Of a DNA stretch of 64,000 nt, positions 38,323 through 47,872 are shown one piece after another. The DNA is taken from NCBI GenBank assembly GCA_041398565.1, contig JAWKUN010000002.1, positions 338,068 through 402,067 of the forward strand. The letters are read 5' to 3'. Each line of letters starts with the position of its first letter. Positions within the stretch are counted from its first letter, which is position 1. The DNA is from Planctomycetota bacterium. Its GTDB lineage: Bacteria; Planctomycetota; UBA1135; UBA2386. Under the pieces are notes generated by a model. That model was not told the origin of the DNA, searched no databases, and saw nothing but the letters and a program-made list of their open reading frames with translations. A program made the position numbers and the translations under genes.

Positions 38323-38961
38323 ATGGCTGCTGCACCCTCGTTGCGACATCTCCTCGAAAGTGGTCAGGCCTGGCGGCTCGGCGCCGAGCATGCCGCGCCC
38401 TCGACGTGGACACTCTCCGGTCTGAGTGGGCGCTACGTCGAGCTGGCGGCGCACGGTCCGGCCGCGCGGCTGACCCTGGCCGGCGCGCTCGTGCTCGAGG
38501 CGCAGCTCGCCCGCCAGCCGGCGGCGTGGATCACGTCGCCGCAGTCGTCCTTCCACCCGCCCGATCTCGCGCACAACGGTGTCGACCTCGCTGCGCTGGT
38601 GGTGGTGCGCGTGCCGAGGACCGACGCGATGCTGCGCGCGGCCGAGATCCTGCTGCGCGCCGGCGCGTTCGCCCTCGTCGTCGTCGATCTCGAGAGCGCG
38701 CAAGACCGAGGCGACGTCGCCCTGGCGGCGCAGACGCGGCTCGTCGGTCTGGCCCAGCACCACGGCTCCCTCCTCCTGTGCCTCACGTGCAGCGACGACC
38801 GCGCGCCGCACTCGCTCGCCTCGCTGCGCGTCGAGGCGAGCTTGCGCCCGCTCCCCGACCAACGCTTCGCCTGCGAACTCGAGGCGGTGAAGGACAAGCG
38901 TGCCGGTCCTGGCTGGCGCGCGCAGGTGGTGTGCCGCGGCGTGCCCGGCCTCGCCGTCTGA
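38323..38961 (+). CDS. imuA: ImuA-like (RecA-fold, SulA/ImuA family) protein, 212 aa; only full-length copy in the window
   Basis: A GGAG motif lies 3 nt upstream of the ATG. The sequence LSGRYVELAAHGPAARLTLAGALVLEAQLARQPAAWITSP...PPDLAHNGVDLAALVVVRVPRTDAMLRAAEILLRAGAFALVVVDL...LEAVKDKRAGPGW matches my memory of deltaproteobacterial ImuA proteins. No imuB or dnaE2 follows. Confidence 0.6.
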   Translation: MAAAPSLRHLLESGQAWRLGAEHAAPSTWTLSGLSGRYVELAAHGPAARLTLAGALVLEAQLARQPAAWITSPQSSFHPPDLAHNGVDLAALVVVRVPRTDAMLRAAEILLRAGAFALVVVDLESAQDRGDVALAAQTRLVGLAQHHGSLLLCLTCSDDRAPHSLASLRVEASLRPLPDQRFACELEAVKDKRAGPGWRAQVVCRGVPGLAV

Positions 38962-40487
38962 ACGCGAGGGAGCGAACGGTCCATCTCGGCAGACCGACGG
39001 ACCGGCACAGCAAACGGCGCGCGACGAAGCCGGCCGTCACACGGAGCGACCGCGGCGCCGCCCAGCGATCAGCGCACCGCCGGTGGCCATCGCCTCCGGC
39101 CCGGTGACCGAACGCTCGTCCCGGGCCACTCGTCCTGCCGGTGGTCTCCATCGCCCGGACTGGCAGCGCCGGCAGCCCGCGACCACCGTTCCCTACCGGC
39201 TCCTCACCGAACGCCTCGAGACCTTCTCGCCCGCACCGCCGACGACGATTGCGCCGGCCCCCTGCCGCGCTTCGTCGTGCGCGAGCTACGCGACTTCGCC
39301 TGCGGACTCGCGCCGCTTCTGCCGCGTCCACTGCGACTCGTGCGGCAAAGACGACCTCGCCGCATTCTCCTGCAGGCGCCGCGGCATCTGCCCGTCCTGC
39401 GGAGCGCGCCGCATGGTCGATGGCGCCGCGTGGCCGGTCGACCGTCTTCCCCGACGTTCCCGTGCGCCGGTGGGTGCTGTCGCTCCCGCACCGAGTGCGC
39501 TGGGCCTGCGCGTTCGACCACCGTGCCACGCAAGGCGTGCGCAAGATCCTCGTGCGCGCACTCGCAGGCTTCTACTGCACCGACGCCAGAACGCGCGGGA
39601 TCGTGAACGCCAAGGCCGGCGCCGTCGTCTCGGTGCAGCGCTTCGACTCCGCCTTGCGCCTGAACATCCACTTCCACTCGCTCTGGCCGGATGGGACCTT
39701 CACCTGTGCCCTGCGCCAACCCGAGGCCACGTTCCACCCGGCTCGCCGGATCACCGACCAAGATCTCGAAGGTCTCGTGCAGAAGATCCGCCGCCGCGTC
39801 CTGTGCTACCTGCGCAAGACCGGCAAGCTGACCGATCTCGACACGGCAGATCACGACGTACAGGATCCGTCCCTCTTCGACACCTTGCGCGCCGCCGCGA
39901 TCCAGGGCAAGACCGCGCTCGGCACGCGGGCTGGACGGATCGATCCCCGCCTCGGCCAGGGCTCGCGGGTCGCCACCGACTTCACGCGCGGCAGGCTCTG
40001 CGCCAACCTCGACGGCTTCTCCCTGCACGCCGCCGTACGCATCGATAGCCGCAACCGCGACCGCCTCGAGCGTCTGTGTCGCTACGCGCTGCGGCGGCCG
40101 TCGTCCACGAACACTCGAGCGCTTGTCGCTGACCCTCTCGGGCAAGTGCTCTACGAGTTCAGGCGACCGTGGCGCGACGGATCGACCCACGTGGCGCTCG
40201 ACCCACTCACTCTGCTCGAGCACCTGGCGGCCTTGATCCCTGCCCCACGCCGGAAGCTGGTCCCCACCACGGGGTCTTCCCGCCCGCCTTCCCTCCGCGT
40301 CACACCGTCGCGCCCCCGCTGCCAGAGCCTGACACCGTAGCGCCGGTCGAACATCCTGACCCGTACCGCGCGTGAGCACTCCGCCTCGGCGCCGGCCTCG
40401 GCCTCGGATCCTCTCGCGACACCCGCCGCCAAACAAGCGCCACCGAACAAAGCTCGGCCCAAACCCCGATCCCGCTACCTGTGGGCC
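38443..40487 (+). repeat. Segmental repeat copy 1 (imuA 3' part plus IS91-like transposase region), homologous to 47176..49210
   Basis: The coordinate offset is a constant 8733 nt through the imuA stop (38961 versus 47694). The ORF translations are near-identical until about 40.09 kb and then clearly diverge, with indels. The repeat ends abruptly at gtgggcc|tagctcgag (40487). Confidence 0.85.
39100..40487 (+). pseudogene. IS91-family transposase, copy 1: multiple frameshifts and 3'-truncated
   Basis: The N-terminal motifs lie in three different frames, as in copy 2. ORF 39141..40340 carries VFPDVPVRRWVLSLPHRVRW...QRFDSALRLNIHFHSLWPDG...CANLDGFSLHAAVR...RLERLCRYAL. An 8-nt insertion and further shifts follow, and homology stops at 40487, before the CPTCKG zinc motif. 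Confidence 0.8.
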
Positions 40488-40490
40488 TAG

Positions 40491-40619
40491 CTCGAGCTCG
40501 GCTACGTGGCAAAGGACAGGGTCGCGCTCGACGACGCGTCGCGCGCCGAGGTCGAAGCGTTCCTCGATGGCTTCGACGACCACGACGACGTGCACCGCAT
40601 CTACACGGGCATCGATTAG
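40491..40619 (+). pseudogene. C-terminal 42 codons of a YebC/PmpR-family regulator gene (remnant)
   Basis: My translation is LELGYVAKDRVALDDASRAEVEAFLDGFDDHDDVHRIYTGID*. It resembles the ...LxxLIDxLEDxDDVQxVYxN tail of YebC proteins. An in-frame TAG lies immediately upstream, at the IS91 truncation junction. Confidence 0.45.
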
Positions 40620-40820
40620 TCAACGCCAGCGGAGCGCTCCTTCGCACTCCCCGGCCGTCGGCTGATATCGAACGCCGCTGGTTCGTTGGGCCCGGACGCG
40701 CGACCCGCCCAGTCCACCGGAGGCAGGCGAGTTGACCGGATGCCGGCGCCATGCGAGGCTTCGTGTTCCGACTCGAATACCGGTCGAGCGCAGCCACGGC
40801 GCCGCCCCTCCGACCACCCG

Positions 40821-42227
40821 ATGAAGGCGTTCGTCTCTTCCACCTACGAGGATCTGCGTGAGCATCGTGCCCACGTGATCTCGGCCCTGCGACGCGCCGG
40901 GATTGCCGTCGACCCGATGGAGGATTGGACGGCGACGGGTTCGGAGCCACGCGAGTTCTGCGCCGACCGGCTTCGGGGCTGTGAAATCTGCGTGCTGTTG
41001 GTCGCCAGGCGGCGTGGCTTCGTGCCGCCGCGCGAGGCCAAGAGCATCACCCAGATCGAGTACGAGGCGGCCCGCGAGCGGAAACTGGAGGTCCTCGTGT
41101 TCCTGCTCGACGATGGCGCGCTGTGGCGACGCGAGTGGGACGAACTCGATCGCGATCCCGAACTCCGGCGCTGGCGCGAACGGCTCACCACCACACATGG
41201 TGTCGAGTTCTTCTCGCACGACCCGCGGTCCATCGACGTCGCGCCGGCTGTCGCGCGATGGGTGGCCAGAGGCGCTCCCCCCCAGCGGGTGGTTCGTGAG
41301 CAGTTCCGCGTCGAGTGGTCGGTGTTCCTGCCGTTCTGCCCGGGCGTGCCACCGCCTGACGGGGAGATCCCGGGGCTGCGGCTGTCGGCTGCGGATGCGG
41401 AGTCGACTAGCTTCGAGTCAGCAGCGGATGCCAATCTGACGATGCGGTGGTTCGGGTTCGGCGGCGCGGTGTGGACGCTGCGGCAGGAGCGCCGGTTCGG
41501 CACCCTCGCGGAGTTCGCGCAATCCCGCCGCCAACTCTACCGGGCCATCCTGCACCACCCCGCGCGCGCTGCGGACCACGCGATCCCGGCGCTGACCGCG
41601 GCAGTGAACGAGGCGGCGGCGGCGCGCTGCGCCGCCGCCCTCTGCCAGCGACAGATCGGGTACGCGCTGAGCCTCGTCAGCCTCCTCGATCCGGGCTGGC
41701 AAACGCTGCAGATTCCGCACGCGCTCCAGGTGCTCGCCTGCCCGAGCCTCCTGCTCAATCTCCCTGAAGCAGAGGACTGTGCCCTCGACGATCATGCCGC
41801 GGACCCCCTGGTCCTGGACCACCGCGAAGCCGCGCTCGTCGCCGACGGCAATCGCGGCCACGACCTGAAGGAGTTCCGCCTGCCCGGCGTGATGCACGCC
41901 GTCGCGTGCTGGGCCGGCGTGGCGGCGCACGTGCAGTCGACGCACCGAGATGCCATGGTTGCGGCATTCGTCCGCTTCGAGGAATTGATCCAAGCGCTAT
42001 GGTGGCGGCTGCACTCCCTTGAATCGCTGCTCGACGTGGGGCAGATCCCACAGGAGGCGAAGGCGCAACTCACGTCCATCGAGCGCCACGTCCACAAGGC
42101 CCTGCGGATCGGTCCGACCGAGGTGACGGCGACGAGGCTGTTCAAGGAAGCCGTTATCCAGACGAGCCGGATCGAGTCCGTCTTCAATGAGTTCCGAAAC
42201 ACGGTGCGAGACCTGAGATCGCCATGA
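40821..42227 (+). CDS. DUF4062-type N-terminal domain protein with an unrecognised ~330-aa C-terminal domain (468 aa)
   Basis: Inner start of ORF 40686..42227. The N-terminus MKAFVSSTYEDLREHRAHVISALRRAGIAVDPMEDWTATGSEPREFCADRLRGCEICVLLVARRRGFVPP...SITQIEYEAARERKLEVLVFLLDD fits the (V/A)F(I/V)SSTxxDLxxER...E signature of DUF4062 (from memory). The rest has no motif I recognise. Confidence 0.75.
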   Translation: MKAFVSSTYEDLREHRAHVISALRRAGIAVDPMEDWTATGSEPREFCADRLRGCEICVLLVARRRGFVPPREAKSITQIEYEAARERKLEVLVFLLDDGALWRREWDELDRDPELRRWRERLTTTHGVEFFSHDPRSIDVAPAVARWVARGAPPQRVVREQFRVEWSVFLPFCPGVPPPDGEIPGLRLSAADAESTSFESAADANLTMRWFGFGGAVWTLRQERRFGTLAEFAQSRRQLYRAILHHPARAADHAIPALTAAVNEAAAARCAAALCQRQIGYALSLVSLLDPGWQTLQIPHALQVLACPSLLLNLPEAEDCALDDHAADPLVLDHREAALVADGNRGHDLKEFRLPGVMHAVACWAGVAAHVQSTHRDAMVAAFVRFEELIQALWWRLHSLESLLDVGQIPQEAKAQLTSIERHVHKALRIGPTEVTATRLFKEAVIQTSRIESVFNEFRNTVRDLRSP

Positions 42228-42778
42228 GCAAGCCCCTCCTCCTGGTCGTCGACGTACAGGTCGGATTCGTGAACCCGGCGACCGAACATGTGCTGGATCC
42301 GATCGTCGACCTCGTACGTCTCGCGGACGCGCAGGGCGTTCCGGTCGCGTTCACGCGATTCCTGAACTTCGCGGGGAGCGGGTGGGTGAAGTGGTTGCAC
42401 TGGTCACGCTTCATGGCGAGCCCCGAGATCGACCTGCATCCGCGGGTACTGCCGCTCGCCCGGAACGTCTTCGACAAGTCGGCCTATGGCGCCTTCACTC
42501 CCGCGTTTGTCGAGTTCGTCGCACGGCACGAGATCGACCGGATGTTCTTGTGCGGTGTTGCGACCGACGGCTGCGTGCTCAAGAGCGCCGTCGACGCCTT
42601 CGAGCGGGACATCGAACCATTCGTCATCGTGGACGCGTGCGCCAGCCACGCTGGTTCCGCGGTGCACCAAGCGGGACTCCTGCTCGCCTCGCGGTTCCTC
42701 GGCAAGGGGCAACTCATCACGATCGACGATCTGACGTCTGCTGGGTTCGGGGCACCGGTGTTGGCGGCGCGGCGCTGA
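42224..42778 (+). CDS. Isochorismatase-family (cysteine hydrolase / nicotinamidase-like) protein (184 aa)
   Basis: The N-terminus is MSKPLLLVVDVQVGFVNP. Candidate triad residues are D10, K85 (FDKSAYGAF) and C117 (GVATDGCVLKSAVDA). The start overlaps the upstream stop in an ATGA. Confidence 0.85.
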   Translation: MSKPLLLVVDVQVGFVNPATEHVLDPIVDLVRLADAQGVPVAFTRFLNFAGSGWVKWLHWSRFMASPEIDLHPRVLPLARNVFDKSAYGAFTPAFVEFVARHEIDRMFLCGVATDGCVLKSAVDAFERDIEPFVIVDACASHAGSAVHQAGLLLASRFLGKGQLITIDDLTSAGFGAPVLAARR

Positions 42779-42960
42779 CCCCGGGACCGCGGCAGTTCAC
42801 GACCGGGTTCGCCGTGATCCCCGGCAAGAAGGGCGACCGCGTCGACCTGCGCGGGCGCTTCGTCTGGTGCGGCCGCGGCGCCGAGGAAGAGCTGCCCAAG
42901 GGCCTGGCCAACGCGATCCCGGTGGTGCTGGCCGGCGGGAGCATCCGACCACGCGGGACG

Positions 42961-42982
42961 CAGCTTGCTTGCCTTGTCCCGC
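42961..42982 (+). repeat. Degenerate copy (d) of the IS91-like right-end motif
   Basis: gggacgCAGCTTGCTtGcCTTgTCCCGC compares with gggacgCAGCTTGCTCTTCTTATCCCGC at 25147 and 51406. Confidence 0.45.
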
Positions 42983-43025
42983 GTGCGAGACGAGCGAGTC
43001 GAACGCGGGTCCGCTCGGGCCAGCG

Positions 43026-43094
43026 GTAGACCCCAACCGTGAATCCACAGGCGTAGATCCACAGCCGTGAGTCCCCAGCCTCGAGTCCACCGCC
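43026..43094. repeat. Degenerate 14-bp tandem repeat, about 5 units (consensus GTRRRTCCMCAGCC)
   Basis: Read directly: gtagaccccaacc / gtgaatccacaggc / gtagatccacagcc / gtgagtccccagcc / tcgagtccaccgcc. The period is not a multiple of 3. It lies between the degenerate IS91 end and the stop codon of the ELW paralog 4 gene (43105). Confidence 0.7.
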
Positions 43095-43104
43095 TCGACG
43101 CACG

Positions 43105-45885
43105 TCAGCGCCCGAGGCGCCAAAACAGGCCGTTCGACAACTCGAGGCCGGACGCCGACCCGACGACCGCTTCGAGCAGGATCGACGCGTCGAGCAGGTC
43201 GCGCGTTGCGGGGATCGGCAACAGCTCGTCGAGGCGGCCGCCCTGGAAAGGCCGCGTCCACTGCGCGGTCGGCCCGTTCCACTGGCCCCATGTCACGCAA
43301 CTCGTGCCCGGCAGCGCGATCGGCGCCGGCGCCGACAGCAGCAGGCGCAGGGCGGCCACCCCGGTCGCGGGCAACGCCGCCAGGTGGAGCCGGGCGGTGC
43401 CGCCGAGCACCGGGACCGAGCCGCTGAGCTCGGGGACCACAGCCCGGACACCGCAACCGAGGCCCAGCACCTGCGCGGCCGCCCCGACGTCGAGCACGAA
43501 CGGTTCGCTGCCGTGCACCAGGTCGTCGGCGCCGAAGTACACCCGGCCCGCGGCGTGGCACAGCGAGGTGAAGTCGAACGGCGGCGTCGGCAGCAGCGTG
43601 GTGCCGGCGGCGGTGCCGTCCGAGCGCAGGATGCCGCTCGGCACCAGGCTCGCCCAGTAGGCGTAGCGGCCGTCGGCGTCGACGAACTCGCCGAGCGCCT
43701 CGCGGTCGCGCAGGCGCACGGTGCCGGCGGCGGTGCCGTCGGTGCGCCAGATGCCGCGTGGCGTGCCGATGAGGACGCGACCGTCCAACGTCGACAGGTT
43801 GACGCGGTCGCCCTCGACGTCGCCGACGTGAAGCGTCCCCGCGGCGGTGCCGTCGGTCACCCACACCGCGCTGGATGGGGAGGAGGGCGGCTCGACCATG
43901 TAGGTGCGGCCGTCGACGGTCAGTGCCTGCCAGACGCCAGCGAAGGGCATCAACGCCTGCGTGCCCGACGCGGTGCCGTCCGAGACGTAGAGGCGGTTGA
44001 GACCGCCGTCGATCGCCGTGAACAGCACGCGATCATCGAGGGCCGCAACCGGGGCCACGCGCGCGTCCTCGCTGCCGTTGAGGCTGAGCACCTGGTGCGT
44101 GCCCGCGGGCGTGCCGTCGCTCACCATGAGCTCGTACTTGCCCCGGGCGACGCGGCCAGCGAAGAAGACGCGCGTGCCGACCCGCACCTGGTCGGAGGTC
44201 GGACGCGCGTCCGCCAGGTGGGTCGCCGCCAGGCCGTCGGTCACCCAGATCGAATCGTCCTCGAACACCGAGGCGGTCAGCGCCAGGATCGCCCGCCCGG
44301 CGTCGAGGGGACGCAGGCGCGCCTGCAGCAGTCCGGCGGGCCGCGGCAGCAGGACCCGGGTACCGGCGGCAGTCCCGTCGCTCACGTACATCGCCGGCCC
44401 GGTCGGCGCGAGCGCACTGAAGTAGACCAAGCCGGCGTGCCAGCCGTAGATGCGCGGGTCGGACGAGGCGCGGCCCGGCGAGAGATCGGTCACCAGGCGC
44501 GTGCCGGCGGCGGTGCCGTCGGTCCACCACAGTTCGCGACCGTGCACGTCCTCGTAGGCGGCGAAGAACGCCGACCCCGCCGCCGCCGTGAACCCGTTGG
44601 GCCACGAGCTCTCGCTGACGATGCCGGGCGCGAGGTCGGCGAACAGCGACGTGCTCAGACCGCCGGTCGTCAGCCAGAGTTCCTCGCCGGCGATGCCGTC
44701 GTCGGCGCCGAACAGCGCCAACCCGCCGCTCGCGGCGCCGGCCTGCACCCGCGCTCCGAACACGTGCAGCACGAAGGGCGGCGCCACGTCCGAGACCCTG
44801 GCCAGGATCGATGTCCCCGAGGGCGTCGTGAACGCGTGCAGCAGGTCCGAGCCGAAGGGAAGCAGCAAGTCGTGGCGCGCCGACTGCGGTCCGGGGACCG
44901 CGTCGTACGCGAGACGGGTGCCGGCCGCCGTGCCGTCGCTCAGCCACAGCTCGGCGCCGTGGATCGCGTCGTTCCCGACGAAGTACAGGGAGTTGCCAGC
45001 CGGAGTCAGCAGGCTGGGAGTGACACTCGTGAGGCGCACCGGCTGCGGGTTCGCGACGTCGAACGCCGAGAGTAGGCCATCCTCGATGAAGACGACGCGG
45101 CCCGGCAGGGCGGCGAAGTCGGCCACCGCCGCGGCGGTCGGAACGACGAGTCGGCTCGAGGTCGCGTCGGCGCGGTAGATGCCACCGTCGGAGCCGTAGT
45201 AAGCGGCGTTGCCGACCGCGACCGGCTGCATGAGGATGTGCGCCGACCGCCCGAGCCGCTGCGTTCCACTGGCCGTGCCGTCGCTCCGCCACACTTCCAA
45301 CCCGGAGTTGAACACCCACGACGAGCCGAACGCGGCGGCCCGGCGCGTCAAGCCCAGGACGCCGTGGAAGGCATCGATGCGCACGGTGCCGGTCGCCGTG
45401 CCGTCGGTCCGCCACAACGCGTCGGTGGTCATCAACAGCAGCGACCCGCTCGCCTCGCCGGCCAGGATCCAGATGGACTGCCCGAAGGCGAACAGCCGGC
45501 GCGTGCCCGCCGCCGTGCCGTCGCTCACCCAGAGCTCTTGCGGCCCTCGCACCTGGCCGGCGGCGAACACGACGCCGCCGCCCAGCGGCGTCACCTGCGT
45601 GATCGGCACCTCGCTCGGTCCGGGCGCCAGGTCGGTGAGATGCAGGGTCCCGGCAGCGGTGAAGTCGCTGCGCCAAAGCTCACGCCCGTCGGCCTGCGTG
45701 CGCGCCGTGAAAAACACGCGCCCGCCGGCGGCGGTGAAGTCGCGCGGCGCCGAGTCCGCGGGGCGCAGGGTCGCGCGCACGTCGGCGACGAGCTGGGGTG
45801 CTTGGCCAGCGAGATCGCCGGGGTGGAGCGTTGCCGCAAGGAGACCGCATCCGGAAGCGAGGGTGCCGAGAGTTCGAGGCCACAT
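43105..45885 (-). CDS. ELWxxDGT-repeat secreted protein, paralog 4 (926 aa)
   Basis: Only the 3' 926 codons of track ORF 43105..47595 are real. The start is MWPRTLGTLASGCGLLAATL. Repeats include GRELWRSDFTAAGT, QELWVSDGTAAGT, AELWLSDGTAAGT and GRELWWTDGTAAGT. The C-terminal Cys domain reads GLGCGV...GTSCVTW...SNGLFWRLGR. Confidence 0.85.
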   Translation of the reverse strand: MWPRTLGTLASGCGLLAATLHPGDLAGQAPQLVADVRATLRPADSAPRDFTAAGGRVFFTARTQADGRELWRSDFTAAGTLHLTDLAPGPSEVPITQVTPLGGGVVFAAGQVRGPQELWVSDGTAAGTRRLFAFGQSIWILAGEASGSLLLMTTDALWRTDGTATGTVRIDAFHGVLGLTRRAAAFGSSWVFNSGLEVWRSDGTASGTQRLGRSAHILMQPVAVGNAAYYGSDGGIYRADATSSRLVVPTAAAVADFAALPGRVVFIEDGLLSAFDVANPQPVRLTSVTPSLLTPAGNSLYFVGNDAIHGAELWLSDGTAAGTRLAYDAVPGPQSARHDLLLPFGSDLLHAFTTPSGTSILARVSDVAPPFVLHVFGARVQAGAASGGLALFGADDGIAGEELWLTTGGLSTSLFADLAPGIVSESSWPNGFTAAAGSAFFAAYEDVHGRELWWTDGTAAGTRLVTDLSPGRASSDPRIYGWHAGLVYFSALAPTGPAMYVSDGTAAGTRVLLPRPAGLLQARLRPLDAGRAILALTASVFEDDSIWVTDGLAATHLADARPTSDQVRVGTRVFFAGRVARGKYELMVSDGTPAGTHQVLSLNGSEDARVAPVAALDDRVLFTAIDGGLNRLYVSDGTASGTQALMPFAGVWQALTVDGRTYMVEPPSSPSSAVWVTDGTAAGTLHVGDVEGDRVNLSTLDGRVLIGTPRGIWRTDGTAAGTVRLRDREALGEFVDADGRYAYWASLVPSGILRSDGTAAGTTLLPTPPFDFTSLCHAAGRVYFGADDLVHGSEPFVLDVGAAAQVLGLGCGVRAVVPELSGSVPVLGGTARLHLAALPATGVAALRLLLSAPAPIALPGTSCVTWGQWNGPTAQWTRPFQGGRLDELLPIPATRDLLDASILLEAVVGSASGLELSNGLFWRLGR

Positions 45886-46452
45886 GGTCGGAAACGAGGG
45901 GGTCCATCTCGCGGGTCGGGGGCGCCGCACGAGTCGCGCCTCCGAGCGCAAGATCGAGCGAGTCGTGACGGCGAGAGTTCGCGGAAAGCGTGACGGCGCC
46001 ATGGTGCAACGCCTGGGACGCTCGGCGACCGCGGTGGTCTCTCGAAGCCTGTGAGAGAATCGAGGGTGCAGGCTCCGAGCCATGTTGATGGCGATCGCCT
46101 TCGCGATCGCGAGCCTTTCGGCTCGGTGGAGAGCACCCGACCTCGCGAGACCGGCGGCGCGGCGAGCCCCTTGCGCGTGCGTCCGACCCACTCGGATCCA
46201 GCCGACTCGGGCGCTCGACCCCTGCCGATCCGGGCCACGCACAGGAAAACGCGGAACACCGCGCCCGGTCTTCCCCTGGTCGTGGTGAGGACTTGGTGAC
46301 GCCCCCCGGCGCTCGTCCTGCCTCCTTCGCTCCCGCGCCTGCACCGCCATGACCGACGACCCCGACGATCGCGTCCAACGCCTGGCCGACGTGACCGAAG
46401 CCCGGCGGACGCACCTCCCGTCGACGCGCGACGGGGCCCCCTCGACAAAGCA

Positions 46453-47694
<1,242 letters not shown>

Positions 47695-47872
47695 ACGCGA
47701 GGGAGCGAACGGTCGCTCTCGGCAGGCCGACGGACCGGCACAGCAAACGGCGCGCGACGAAGCCGGCCGTCACACGAAGCACCGCGGCGCCGACAAGCGA
47801 TCAGCGCACCGCCGGTGGCCATCGCCTCCGGCCCGGTGACCGAACGCTCGTCCCGGGCCACTCGTCCTGCCG

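Noticed and set aside
46090-46120. Two GCGATCGC palindromes close together (HIP1-like)
   Set aside because: This is an isolated pair, expected occasionally in GC-rich DNA, and I saw no genome-scale iteration in the window.
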